Shown here: piece by piece, positions 18,516-27,985 of the stretch
Layout of the letters: each line of letters opens with the position of its first letter
Position numbering within the stretch: the stretch's first letter is position 1
DNA from: Bacteroidota bacterium
GTDB lineage: Bacteria; Bacteroidota; Bacteroidia; Cytophagales; Cyclobacteriaceae
NCBI GenBank assembly: GCA_043758895.1
Contig: JAYVMP010000175.1
Location: 2,764 to 66,763, forward strand
DNA length: 64,000 bases
Reading direction: 5' to 3'
Translations under genes and position numbers: made by a program
The notes under the pieces: model-generated
Databases searched by the model: none
Told to the model about the DNA's origin: nothing
What the model saw: the letters and a program-made list of their open reading frames with translations, nothing else

Positions 18516-18588
18516 AAATCCTTAATCTGGAGCTTGAAATTTTGAATTATAATAAAGCGAACAAACAAAACCACTAAATACTAAAGTC

Positions 18589-20232
18589 ATGTTTGAAACA
18601 GGATCATACAAATTTGATCTGCCGAAGCACCACAAATCGATCATCAAAGTGATAGGCGTGGGGGGCGGTGGCAGCAATGCGGTGAACCACATGTATAAGC
18701 AAGGCATCAAGGATGTCGAGTTTGTTGTGGCCAACACCGATCTGCAGGCGCTCAACAGCAGTCCTGTGCCGTATAAACTTCAGCTCGGTGTGAACCTTAC
18801 AGAAGGGCTCGGTTGCGGAGCAAACCCCGAAGTTGGCCGCGCAGCCGCGTTGGAAAGCAAAGACCAGATTCGCGAAATGCTCGCGGACACAAAAATGGTT
18901 TTTGTTACGGCAGGCATGGGCGGAGGCACGGGCACAGGTGCAGCTCCGGTGATCGCCAAGATTGCCAAAGACATGGACATCCTTACCGTAGGGATTGTGA
19001 CTGTTCCTTTTTCTTTCGAAGGAAAGAAAAAATTTACACAAGCTGAGGTGGGCATTGAGGCGTTTCGTGCGAGCTGCGATACCGTGCTGGTGATTTTGAA
19101 CGACAAGCTGCGCGAAATTTATGGTGATCTTCCGGTAGGGCAAGCTTTTGGCGAGGCCGACAATGTGTTGACCACCGCTGCGAAAGGCATAGCGGAAGTA
19201 ATCACCTTGGCGGGATATGTGAATGTTGATTTTCAAGATGTGCGCACGGTGATGCTGAACGCTGGTGCTGCGGTGATGGGCACTGCGGAAACCCGTGGCG
19301 ACACGCGCGCGATCAAAGCGGCACAGCAAGCATTGGCTTCTCCGCTGCTCGATAACCATGACATCATGGGGTCCAAGAAAATTTTGCTCTCCATTATTTC
19401 GGGTGAGGAAGCTGAATTGAAAATGGATGAGTTGACTGCGATTACCGAATACATTCAACAGCAGGCGGGCGAAGAGGCCGAAGTGATTTTTGGTCACGGT
19501 GTCGATGCAGGTCTTGGTGACCGCATTCGCGTAACGGTGATTGCCACGGGGTTCATCAGCGAAGGAAAAGAAAAAAAGATGGAGAAGACCACACGCGAAT
19601 TGGACCGCTCGCAAATCTCTTTGTTTGAACAACCGGACAACTCGGTGAACCAACGCGGGGCAGAAATCGAGTTGAAATTGAAAGACGATGGTGATCGCCC
19701 GATACTTCAAGAGCCTGAGAAACCGAATGTTCAAAAGCCTGTTGACAAACCAGTTGTGGCTCGCCCTGCCGATAAGCCGATCCTCAACAAACCGGGATAC
19801 CAACCGCTCGACAAGGAGGAAGAAACGGAAGAACGTTCCTATGTTTTTGACTTAAAACCATCGTCCAATTCATTTGTGGAAGAGGAGGGTGAAGAAAGCC
19901 TCTTTGCCGAAGACGATGAATTTAAAGTGGGCAATGAAATCGCTGCCGACCAAGTGATCAACGAGGAGGGCATGATGCAGGTACGCAAAACCAAGGAGAG
20001 GTTGGAGCAACAAGCAAAAGAGCGGAGGGAAAAACTGAAAGCCAACCGGAAGCAGGAGATGACCAAAGAAGAGTTCAACGAAAAGTGGACTTTGCCCGCT
20101 TATTTACGAAGAGGGGTGAAGGTGGACAACGATGTGCCCCATTCTTCCGAGCCCTTTATCTCGCGGTATAACTTGAACGATGATAACAACTTGCTGGGGA
20201 ACAATAAATTTTTGCATGACAATGTGGATTAA
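18589..20232 (+). CDS. ftsZ: Cell division protein FtsZ with long acidic C-terminal linker
   Basis: GVGGGGSNAV, GMGGGTGTG, NVDFQD; 547 aa; C-terminal PAYLRRG peptide. Confidence 0.99.
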   Translation: MFETGSYKFDLPKHHKSIIKVIGVGGGGSNAVNHMYKQGIKDVEFVVANTDLQALNSSPVPYKLQLGVNLTEGLGCGANPEVGRAAALESKDQIREMLADTKMVFVTAGMGGGTGTGAAPVIAKIAKDMDILTVGIVTVPFSFEGKKKFTQAEVGIEAFRASCDTVLVILNDKLREIYGDLPVGQAFGEADNVLTTAAKGIAEVITLAGYVNVDFQDVRTVMLNAGAAVMGTAETRGDTRAIKAAQQALASPLLDNHDIMGSKKILLSIISGEEAELKMDELTAITEYIQQQAGEEAEVIFGHGVDAGLGDRIRVTVIATGFISEGKEKKMEKTTRELDRSQISLFEQPDNSVNQRGAEIELKLKDDGDRPILQEPEKPNVQKPVDKPVVARPADKPILNKPGYQPLDKEEETEERSYVFDLKPSSNSFVEEEGEESLFAEDDEFKVGNEIAADQVINEEGMMQVRKTKERLEQQAKERREKLKANRKQEMTKEEFNEKWTLPAYLRRGVKVDNDVPHSSEPFISRYNLNDDNNLLGNNKFLHDNVD

Positions 20233-20300
20233 ATCCGTTACTGGTTATCTGTTAGTCGTTAATGGCTAAGGGCGATAACGAAGAACGATTACCTGATAAC
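20233..20300. repeat. 7-nt-period array with inverted arms
   Basis: CGTTACT GGTTATC TGTTAGT CGTTAAT, then GATAACG AAGAACG ATTACCT GATAACG. Confidence 0.65.
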
Positions 20301-20312
20301 GGGGAAAGGCAT

Positions 20313-20460
20313 GGCATATCCGACACGACTGGTTTTACTCCATTCGTAGTGGTTGTTGGAAGTAATAATTTTTTGCCGGTGTCGGTGTGCCTTCTTACTT
20401 GGCCAGGTGTTTGTAAAGGCAGTAACTTATTTTTTGCTGCGCTGGCCGTAAGTTTTTTAA
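20313..20460 (+). ncRNA. Candidate structured RNA, two hairpin domains (unidentified)
   Basis: Stem GGCATATCCGACAC / GTGTCGGTGTGCC (13 bp, 1 bulge); stem CTTAC-TT-GGCCAG / CTGGCC-GTAAG followed by T6. No known family recognised. Confidence 0.35.
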
Positions 20461-20464
20461 CCTG

Positions 20465-20497
20465 AAAGGCTGGGAACTATGTCCCGGCTTTTCTTTT
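20465..20497 (+). terminator. Rho-independent terminator downstream of ftsZ
   Basis: AAGGCTGGGA-ACTATG-TCCCGGCTTT followed by TCTTTT. Confidence 0.7.
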
Positions 20498-20641
20498 AGA
20501 TTTGAGTTTACCTGCTTTCTACTTGCATTCCTTCCACTGGTGTGCCTATCCCACAATTATTTTCTTCTATCTTAAACTTTGTTGTTCATTATTTACCTTT
20601 GAAGTCCTTTTAGTAACTGACAGTACTGACTTATAAATTTT

Positions 20642-22285
20642 ATGACTGACGAGAAGAGCTTGAACTTTCTGGAAGAGATCATCGGACGCGATATGAAGGA
20701 AGGCAAATACAAAACCATTGCCACGCGGTTTCCACCCGAACCCAACGGCTACCTGCATTTGGGCCATGCCAAAAGCATTTGCCTGAATTTTGGACTGGCA
20801 CTGAAGTATGGGGGCAAAACCAACCTGCGCTTTGACGACACTAACCCGGTGACGGAAGAAACCGAATACGTAGAGAACATCAAGAGCGATGTGCGCTGGC
20901 TCGGCTTTGAGTGGGCGGAAGAACTCTATGCATCGGATTATTTTCCGCAACTCTATGCGTTTGCCGTGACGCTGATCAAGAAAGGCATCGCCTACGTGGA
21001 CGACAGCACAAGTGAGGAGATGGCACAACAAAAAGGAACGCCAACACATCCTGGCACTAACAACAAATACCGCGACCGCTCCGTGGAAGAAAACCTGAAG
21101 CTCTTCACCGAGATGAAGGAAGGCAAACATCCTGACGGCAGCAAAGTGCTGCGTGCCAAGATCGATATGGCACATATCAACATGCTGCTACGCGACCCGG
21201 TGATTTATCGCATCAAACACGCGCATCATCACCGCACGGGCGATGCGTGGTGTGTGTATCCCATGTACGATTTCGCGCACGGCCAAAGCGACTCGATCGA
21301 ACGGATCACTCACAGCATCTGTACGCTGGAGTTTGTGCCACACCGCGAACTGTACAACTGGTGCATTGAGAAACTGGAAATCTTTCCGAGCAAGCAATAT
21401 GAATTTGCGCGGCTGAATATGACGTACACCATGATGAGCAAACGCAAACTGTTGCAACTGGTGAACGAAAATTTAGTGAACGGCTGGGACGACCCGCGCA
21501 TGCCTACCCTTAGCGGCATGAGGCGCAGGGGCTACACGCCCGAAAGCCTGCGCGAATTTTGCGATAAGATCGGTGTGGCCAGGCGCGACAACCTGATCGA
21601 CATCAGCTTGCTGGAGTTTTGTGTGCGCGACCAACTGAATAAATCTGCCTTGCGCAGGATGGTGGTATTCGATCCATTGAAAGTAGTGATCACCAACTAC
21701 GAAGAAGGAAAATCAGAAATGATGCCGAGCGAGAACAACACGGAGGCGGAAAATGCCGGTGCGCGCGAGATGCCGTTCAGTCGCGAGTTGTGGATTGAAA
21801 AAGAGGATTTTATGGAGAACCCTCCGAAAAAATATTTCCGCTTGGCGCCCGGGCAAATGGTGCGTTTGAAAAGCGGTTTCATTATCAAGTGCGATGAAGC
21901 GATCAAAGACAGTGCGGGCAACGTGACTGAACTTCATTGTACCTACTTTCCCGAAAGTCGCAGTGGACACGATACGTCAGGCCTTCATGTGAAGGGCGTG
22001 ATCCATTGGGTGAGTGTGCAACATGCGGTGCCGGCAGAGGTTCGGTTGTATGATCGATTATTCCTTACCGAAGACATGAGCGCGATTGAAGATGATTTCA
22101 AAAATCATTTGAACCCGAATTCACTGCAACTGTTGCCAAGGGTTTACGTTGAGCCGGAATTGCTCAACGCCAAACGCGAAGATCATTTTCAATTTTTGAG
22201 GATGGGGTATTTTGTTTTGGATGCGGATTCCACAATGGAGAAGTTGGTGTTTAACCGCACAGTGACATTGAGGGATAGCAAGTAG
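20642..22285 (+). CDS. glnS: Glutamine--tRNA ligase
   Basis: [14 protein letters not shown] (HIGH-like), MSKR, FLRMGYF; -7 element TACCTTTG at 20594-20601. Confidence 0.98.
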   Translation: MTDEKSLNFLEEIIGRDMKEGKYKTIATRFPPEPNGYLHLGHAKSICLNFGLALKYGGKTNLRFDDTNPVTEETEYVENIKSDVRWLGFEWAEELYASDYFPQLYAFAVTLIKKGIAYVDDSTSEEMAQQKGTPTHPGTNNKYRDRSVEENLKLFTEMKEGKHPDGSKVLRAKIDMAHINMLLRDPVIYRIKHAHHHRTGDAWCVYPMYDFAHGQSDSIERITHSICTLEFVPHRELYNWCIEKLEIFPSKQYEFARLNMTYTMMSKRKLLQLVNENLVNGWDDPRMPTLSGMRRRGYTPESLREFCDKIGVARRDNLIDISLLEFCVRDQLNKSALRRMVVFDPLKVVITNYEEGKSEMMPSENNTEAENAGAREMPFSRELWIEKEDFMENPPKKYFRLAPGQMVRLKSGFIIKCDEAIKDSAGNVTELHCTYFPESRSGHDTSGLHVKGVIHWVSVQHAVPAEVRLYDRLFLTEDMSAIEDDFKNHLNPNSLQLLPRVYVEPELLNAKREDHFQFLRMGYFVLDADSTMEKLVFNRTVTLRDSK

Positions 22286-22373
22286 TTACCGCTGCCGTTA
22301 GTTGGAAAATGGTCATTCGTACCGCTACTTTGGGCAACCATTAAATAGAAGCCATTTCAAAAAATAAAAACAC

Positions 22374-22449
22374 GTCTTTGCGAGGACGGACCAAAGCAAT
22401 CCCCTATTAAAACTCCGAATTGAGGATTGCTTTACTTCGATGCAATAAC
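22374..22449. repeat. REP-like palindrome
   Basis: AAAGCAATCC 22393-22402 / GGATTGCTTT 22424-22433 with an imperfect outer stem. Resembles, from memory, the Bacteroidota GTCATTGCGAGG...AAGCAATC REP class. Confidence 0.6.
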
Positions 22450-22522
22450 AATGATATTTTTGAGATGAGTTCTAACAACGAACAATCGGAAAACTATATC
22501 TTTAACAAAATATTTGATTCCA

Positions 22523-23191
22523 ATGAACCGACTCATCCTGTCCCTCCTTGTGCCGCTTGTCAGCACTGCGGTAACTGTTGGTCAAGATATTTCAAAAACG
22601 GAAAAGCAACTTGATTCATTGGAAAGACCAAAAGGAGGAGTTCCTTATTTTTTCTTCGATGATTTTTCAGATAACAGAAATGGCTGGCCCTTGTACTCCA
22701 CCGCTGATCATGAAATGACCATTATTTCTGGTAAATTAAGGATAAAGGGAATTTCAGCCAAGCTGAATTATCGTGCTTGGAGGATTTTGGAAAAACTGGA
22801 TTTAACAAAAGATTTTAGTTGCTCGGTATCAATGACGTGGGTGGAAGGGGTTAACAGCAACGGCTTCGGGTTAGAGTATTGTTCCAATAACTCTTCGGAT
22901 TCATACAATCTTTTTATCATCTCCGGTAGTGGTCATTACGAAATTTTAAAGTTCAGGAACAAATGGATCACCCCAAAACCCTGGACTTTGTCTTCGTTCA
23001 TCAATCAGGGAAATGTGAGCAATGTACTGCTCATAGAAAAGAGGGGTGATTACCTTCAATTTTCAATAAACGAGCATTGGGTTGACAAATTCCCAGTTGA
23101 TCTTGATTACGGCAGCATGTTTGGAGTGAGGGTCTTATCTAATCAAACCGTAGAGTTTGACAACTTTGAACTGCAAGGAACTGCAAAATGA
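22523..23191 (+). CDS. Secreted hypothetical protein, probable beta-jelly-roll (LamG/DUF1080-like)
   Basis: Signal peptide MNRLILSLLVPLVSTA; FFDDFSDNRNGW start and VEFDNFEL end are typical of ConA-like domains. AT-rich. Confidence 0.55.
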   Translation: MNRLILSLLVPLVSTAVTVGQDISKTEKQLDSLERPKGGVPYFFFDDFSDNRNGWPLYSTADHEMTIISGKLRIKGISAKLNYRAWRILEKLDLTKDFSCSVSMTWVEGVNSNGFGLEYCSNNSSDSYNLFIISGSGHYEILKFRNKWITPKPWTLSSFINQGNVSNVLLIEKRGDYLQFSINEHWVDKFPVDLDYGSMFGVRVLSNQTVEFDNFELQGTAK

Positions 23192-23243
23192 TTTAAAAGA
23201 ATGTTGATAGAAGCCATCTCAAAAATAAAAAAAGCGTCTCTGC

Positions 23244-25148
23244 TCAACGAAAGTACTTCTTCCACCACCATTGAAAAACAAGTAGCGCCCAGATGCGTGC
23301 GTGCACATCGCCAGGGTTGGATGAAAATAGTTGTTTTTTTAATTGTGCGATAGTCGAATAGTTAAAAATATTTTGCTCGAGGATAGATTTTTCTGAAAGC
23401 AGGTCGTCTTCAATCAACGATTTCATTTCTTTTCGAAGCCATTTCAACAACGGCACTTCAAAACCCTTCTTTGGTCGGTTATACAATTCTGAAGGAAGAA
23501 AATCTTTGAACGCGTCTTGCACGATTCGCTTTCGGATTTTCGGATTGATCTTAAATTCGCCAGGCAAGGAGAACGCGAAATTCACCAATTCGAAATCCAA
23601 AAATGGCGTGCGCACCTCCAGCCCGTTGGCCATGCTCATCAGATCCACTTTGGCAAGCATGTCGTTGGGCAATACCAAATTCATGTCGGTGAGTAGAATA
23701 TCGTTGATGGTTTCTTTGTCGGGAATGGGTTTTAATAAATTGTCTTTGAGCAGATCAAATTCATGTACATTAAAATTGCTCTTTGATTTCTCTGAGAATA
23801 ATTGATACGCTTTTTCGCGTGAAGCAAAACCAGCCCAATGCCAGTACCGTTCCTTCGAAGAAAGTTTCATGCCTTCAGCGAAGCGTTGCAACTGTCTTGA
23901 TTTGTTGCTAAAAAAATTGTTCCGCGACTGCGGAAAGTTCTTCCACAACGGCAACAACGAACCAGCCAGCGCCTCTTTCCAACCCGAATGAATAGCTCGG
24001 TAAAAAGCTGCGTGTTTGTTGTAGCCCGCCAACAGTTCATCTGCGCCATCACCCGAAAGTGCTACGGTGGCATGCTTGCGAGTCTCTTTGCTCAAAATAA
24101 AAGCATTGATGGCAGATGAATCGGCAAAAGGTTCATCGATGTAATCCAGAATAGAGCTTACATGTTCGTACAGATCATGGTTCGTCAACGAGAAAACGGT
24201 GTGTTCTGTTTTAAAATGCTTGGCGACCAATCTCGCATAGTTGGTTTCATCAAAAAACTTTTCATCGCGAAAACCAATGGAGAACGTGTGAAGATTAGCT
24301 TTATGTTTTGCTGCCAAACCTGTAACGACTGATGAATCAATTCCTCCACTTAAGAAAGTACCTAATGGTACATCGGCTATTAATCTGCGTTGGACAGAGG
24401 CCTCGAGGAGTTGTTTGAATTTTTCTTTAGCGTTATCGTAAGTCAACTGTCGACTATCGACTATCGACTGTTGACTAATTGAGTAATAACTTCTAACTTC
24501 TAACTTCCTGCTTCTAACTTCCAAAAAATGTCCCGGCAAAAGTTTTTTTACATTCTGAAAAATCGTGCGTGGCGCAGGGATGTAATTAAGTTGCAAGTAA
24601 GTATGCAATGAAGTGTAATCTAGTTCTTTCTCAATGCCATACGCGAGAATGGATTTCATCTCCGAAGCGAACAGAAACTTATCTTCATCAAACTGGTAAA
24701 GCAAAGGCTTTACGCCATAGCGATCGCGGGCGAGGAAAAAAGATTGCTCTTGTTTATCATAGATACAAAATGCGAAAAAACCATTCAGTTTATTCAGGCA
24801 CTTCTCCCCATCAAGAATAAAAAGTTTAAGAAGCACTTCTGTGTCTGAGTGAGAGAAGAAGGAAGTAACTCCTCTCACTTCCAATTCTTTTTTTAATTCT
24901 AAAAAATTAAAGATCTCGCCATTATAAATGATGCAGTACCGTTTCGTCTCGTCCCACATCGGCTGATGGGCTACGGCACTCGTATCGATGATGCTCAACC
25001 TGCGATGACCGAGGCCAACAAATTCGTCATGATAAATATCCTGGTTATTAGGCCCGCGTTTGGCGAGGGTTTGTGTGGCTGCAGTTATGTTGACCAGATT
25101 AAACTTGCCAACGAGGTTAAACGCAAAAATTCCGGTGATGCCGCACAT
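23244..25148 (-). CDS. asnB: Asparagine synthase (glutamine-hydrolysing)
   Basis: MCGITG Ntn start, GHRRLSIID, YNGEIFN, FLSGGIDSS, LSGDGADE, RTPFLD. Confidence 0.96.
   Translation of the reverse strand: MCGITGIFAFNLVGKFNLVNITAATQTLAKRGPNNQDIYHDEFVGLGHRRLSIIDTSAVAHQPMWDETKRYCIIYNGEIFNFLELKKELEVRGVTSFFSHSDTEVLLKLFILDGEKCLNKLNGFFAFCIYDKQEQSFFLARDRYGVKPLLYQFDEDKFLFASEMKSILAYGIEKELDYTSLHTYLQLNYIPAPRTIFQNVKKLLPGHFLEVRSRKLEVRSYYSISQQSIVDSRQLTYDNAKEKFKQLLEASVQRRLIADVPLGTFLSGGIDSSVVTGLAAKHKANLHTFSIGFRDEKFFDETNYARLVAKHFKTEHTVFSLTNHDLYEHVSSILDYIDEPFADSSAINAFILSKETRKHATVALSGDGADELLAGYNKHAAFYRAIHSGWKEALAGSLLPLWKNFPQSRNNFFSNKSRQLQRFAEGMKLSSKERYWHWAGFASREKAYQLFSEKSKSNFNVHEFDLLKDNLLKPIPDKETINDILLTDMNLVLPNDMLAKVDLMSMANGLEVRTPFLDFELVNFAFSLPGEFKINPKIRKRIVQDAFKDFLPSELYNRPKKGFEVPLLKWLRKEMKSLIEDDLLSEKSILEQNIFNYSTIAQLKKQLFSSNPGDVHARIWALLVFQWWWKKYFR
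24442..24521. repeat. Two five-unit heptamer arrays inside the asnB coding sequence
   Basis: GTCAACT GTCGACT ATCGACT ATCGACT GTTGACT (24442-24476) and TAACTTC x3 CTGCTTC TAACTTC (24487-24521). Confidence 0.85.
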
Positions 25149-25209
25149 AAAATCCGTTGTTGGTTATTCGAAAACCGTTATTCGTTCAACGGATAGAAAC
25201 GAACGAGAA
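25149..25209. repeat. 7-nt-period array with inverted arms
   Basis: CCGTTGT TGGTTAT TCGAAAA CCGTTAT TCGTTCA, then ACGGATA GAAACGA ACGAGAA. Confidence 0.6.
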
Positions 25210-25974
25210 TCAAAGCGTTTTAATCATCACATTCCTAAACCACACTTCGTGGCCATGATCTTGCAAGTCGATGTGGCCTTTGGGTGCCATGCCATATCCT
25301 TTGGCTTCTTTCCACTTGCCGTTTTCTTTGCGCTTGACCCAGTCGGGTGAACCCAATTCGTATTCCACAATTTTTTGACCGTTGAGCCAATGTTCTACAT
25401 GTTTTCCGTTGGCCACAATTTTTGCAGTGTTCCATTCGCCCACAGGTTTTAATGTTTTGGGCACCGTTGCGTGCATGCCATAGTTGGCTCCAGACTCTTT
25501 CAATTCTTTGGGGACTTCCGGATATCCAATATCATCCTTTATTTGGAATTCAGGGCCTGAGTAATAAGGTTGCTCAAATTCTTCCGTCACACGAAACATC
25601 ACCCCGCTGTTGCCTTGCGGAGAAATCTTCCAATCAAATGTCAGCTCAAAATTTTCAAATTCATCGGTCGTCATAAGGTCTGCGCGTTCATCGCCATCGC
25701 CTTTCATACTTTCATTGAGCGGTTTGCAATGCAATGCACCATCCTTTGCTTCCCAGGTGTTGTTTTTGCGAGCTTTAAAAATCTGCCAGCCGTTGAGGGT
25801 CTTTCCATCGAAGAGCAATTTCCATCCTTCTGTTTTTTGGGCATCGGTAAGGGAGGGCAATGAAGCACCAGTTCCTTCAGCTACCAATGCAGGAGCACTT
25901 TGTGTTTCTTGATTTTCTTTTTTGGCGGGCGAACAGGCCGCTGCCAATAACAAAAGGCAAATTAATTTTCTCAT
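25210..25974 (-). CDS. DUF1080 (3-keto-disaccharide hydrolase-like) lipoprotein
   Basis: Lipobox LAAAC; GWKLLFDGKTLNGW, GNSGVMFR, GEWNT, GHIDLQDHG, VWFRN. Confidence 0.92.
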   Translation of the reverse strand: MRKLICLLLLAAACSPAKKENQETQSAPALVAEGTGASLPSLTDAQKTEGWKLLFDGKTLNGWQIFKARKNNTWEAKDGALHCKPLNESMKGDGDERADLMTTDEFENFELTFDWKISPQGNSGVMFRVTEEFEQPYYSGPEFQIKDDIGYPEVPKELKESGANYGMHATVPKTLKPVGEWNTAKIVANGKHVEHWLNGQKIVEYELGSPDWVKRKENGKWKEAKGYGMAPKGHIDLQDHGHEVWFRNVMIKTL

Positions 25975-25994
25975 GAGAAGATCTATTATTTTGT

Positions 25995-26513
25995 TTAGGA
26001 AGTAAAGTTGCTAAAATCCCCGTCCGGTTCAAAGTTATTTCTTAACGCAGGGGGTGTGTGGGCAAGGGCTTCTATTACAAGAATAGAACCACGAAGATCG
26101 TTGACAATTTTGTGTTGCCAAAAACGGATCACTGTCCAGCCGAGTGTATCCAACTGCTCGTTCACCTCATCATCTCGTTGGATGTTGCGCTCGATTTTAG
26201 GGATCCAAAATCCGCGGTTGGATTTTATTTTCTCTTTCTTTTCGTCCCAGTTGTGGCCGTGCCAAAATTCACCGTCCACAAAAATGGCGAGTTTGTATTT
26301 GGTAATGACAATGTCGGGTTTACCTGGGATTTTTTTTACATTAGTTCGATACCGATAGCCCCGCGACCATAGTTCTTTTCTCAGTGTGATTTCTGGTTTA
26401 GTATTTTTTGACCGGATTTTTTTCATCGCCTCCGATCGTTTGGGTGAGGTGTAAAAACCGGCCGCCTCTTCGAAACGTGGAACCTTAATGGGTTTAGTTG
26501 TGTAGGGCTTCAC
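25995..26513 (-). CDS. vsr: Very-short-patch repair endonuclease
   Basis: MKKIRSKNTKPE, PGKPDIV, IFVDGEFWHGH, KIERNIQRD, GWTVIRFW. Confidence 0.93.
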   Translation of the reverse strand: MKPYTTKPIKVPRFEEAAGFYTSPKRSEAMKKIRSKNTKPEITLRKELWSRGYRYRTNVKKIPGKPDIVITKYKLAIFVDGEFWHGHNWDEKKEKIKSNRGFWIPKIERNIQRDDEVNEQLDTLGWTVIRFWQHKIVNDLRGSILVIEALAHTPPALRNNFEPDGDFSNFTS

Positions 26514-26526
26514 CTTATGCCGGTAG

Positions 26527-27933
26527 TTAAACCTTGACTGTCTTCCAGGTTCCTCTTCTAAACAAATATATTCCTGCCACGGCTATTGCCGATTCGGCAA
26601 TAGCAATAGCTGCATACACGCCATTGGGGCCAAAATTTAATTGGATAGCGAGCAGGTATGCCAACGGAATTTGAAAACACCAAAACCCAAAGAAGTTGAG
26701 CAGGGTAGGAGTCTTGGTGTCGCCCGCCCCGTTGAACGATTGGGTGATCACCATGCCGTAGCCGTAAAATAAATAACCGAACGCCACAATCTGTAAACAT
26801 TGTGTTCCATATTCAACAACCATCTCATCGGTAGAAAAGAAATGAAGGATTGGTGCTGACAAAAACAAGAAGACGAACATCACCAAACCGAGGAACACCA
26901 TATTGTAAAACCCAGTCTTCCACACCGATTTCTCCGCCCGCTCCGGTTGGCCTGCCCCCAGGTTTTGTCCAACGAGTGTGGCTGCGGCATTGGCCATACC
27001 CCACGATGGAAGGATCGTGAATACAATCACCCGAATGGCAATGGTGTAGCCCGCCATGGCCGCACTGCCGAAATGTGAAATGATACGGGCGAGGAAAATC
27101 CAGCTTGCGGATGAAATCAAAAATTGCCCTGTGCCGCCAGCGGACACCTGAAGCACGTGCTTGATTATTTTCCAGTCGAACCTAAAATTTTTGGCGTTCA
27201 TTTTCACAATGCCTTTGTCGGAAAACAAATAGTACAATTGAAAAAGCACACCGATGCCTCGGCCAATGTTTGTTGAAATGGCGGCACCCTCCACACCAAA
27301 AGCGTGAACAGGGCCAAGTCCAAATATCAAGATTGGATCAAGTGCCATGTTGATCAGGTTCGCCAGCCACAAGGCCCGCATGGCCACCGCTGCATTGCCC
27401 GCCCCGCGAAAGATTCCATTGATAAGGAACAGCATCATGATTGTCATGTTTCCGGCCAGCATCCAACGGGTGAAACCCGAACCGATCTGAATCACCGATG
27501 TGGATGCACCCATCAACCGCAGCAAGTCATCGTAGAAAAACAATCCGGATAGTGAAACCAACAACGAAATCACAACACCAACAATCATGGCCTGCACACC
27601 GGCCACAGCAGCGCCTTCAGGGTCTTTTTCGCCAACCCTTCGTGCCACCAGTGCCGTGGCGCCCATGCTCACGCCCCAGGCAACGGAATACACCAATGCC
27701 AGCAGTGATTCAGTTAGCCCGATGACGGCTACCGCATCGCTGTTGTTGAGCCGGCTCACAAAAAAAATATCTACTACGGCAAAGACCGATTCCATCGCCA
27801 TCTCCAGGATCATGGGAATGGACAATAAAAAAATGGCCTTGTTGATGCTGCCGTCCGTGAAGTTTTGTTCTTCGCCTTTGATGGCAATTCTAAACAGATG
27901 AAAAAAATACCTAATACGTAAAATGAATTTCAT
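26527..27933 (-). CDS. MATE family efflux transporter
   Basis: About 12 TM in two repeats; LDPILIFG, GAAISTNIGRG, LVGQNLGA. Confidence 0.94.
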   Translation of the reverse strand: MKFILRIRYFFHLFRIAIKGEEQNFTDGSINKAIFLLSIPMILEMAMESVFAVVDIFFVSRLNNSDAVAVIGLTESLLALVYSVAWGVSMGATALVARRVGEKDPEGAAVAGVQAMIVGVVISLLVSLSGLFFYDDLLRLMGASTSVIQIGSGFTRWMLAGNMTIMMLFLINGIFRGAGNAAVAMRALWLANLINMALDPILIFGLGPVHAFGVEGAAISTNIGRGIGVLFQLYYLFSDKGIVKMNAKNFRFDWKIIKHVLQVSAGGTGQFLISSASWIFLARIISHFGSAAMAGYTIAIRVIVFTILPSWGMANAAATLVGQNLGAGQPERAEKSVWKTGFYNMVFLGLVMFVFLFLSAPILHFFSTDEMVVEYGTQCLQIVAFGYLFYGYGMVITQSFNGAGDTKTPTLLNFFGFWCFQIPLAYLLAIQLNFGPNGVYAAIAIAESAIAVAGIYLFRRGTWKTVKV

Positions 27934-27985
27934 AATTGAACTGACAAGGATTTAAAAATTGGAAACGGAAGGCATATATCAGCTG

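Noticed and set aside
17118-19803. Long antisense ORFs (385 aa and 399 aa) opposite ftsA and ftsZ
   Set aside because: Shadow frames of strongly conserved genes with no recognisable motifs. The same applies to 30066-30746, 20567-21175, 38516-39115 and the other short overlapping ORFs in the track.
3416-20232. murF and ddl are absent from the dcw cluster
   Set aside because: This is the usual Bacteroidota arrangement.
20262-20465. 67-aa ORF after ftsZ
   Set aside because: It starts inside a heptamer array and has no recognisable features; the region is better explained by hairpins and terminators.
5011-25209. Periodic spacers considered as CRISPR arrays
   Set aside because: Units are 7-8 nt with no unique spacers, and there are no cas genes.
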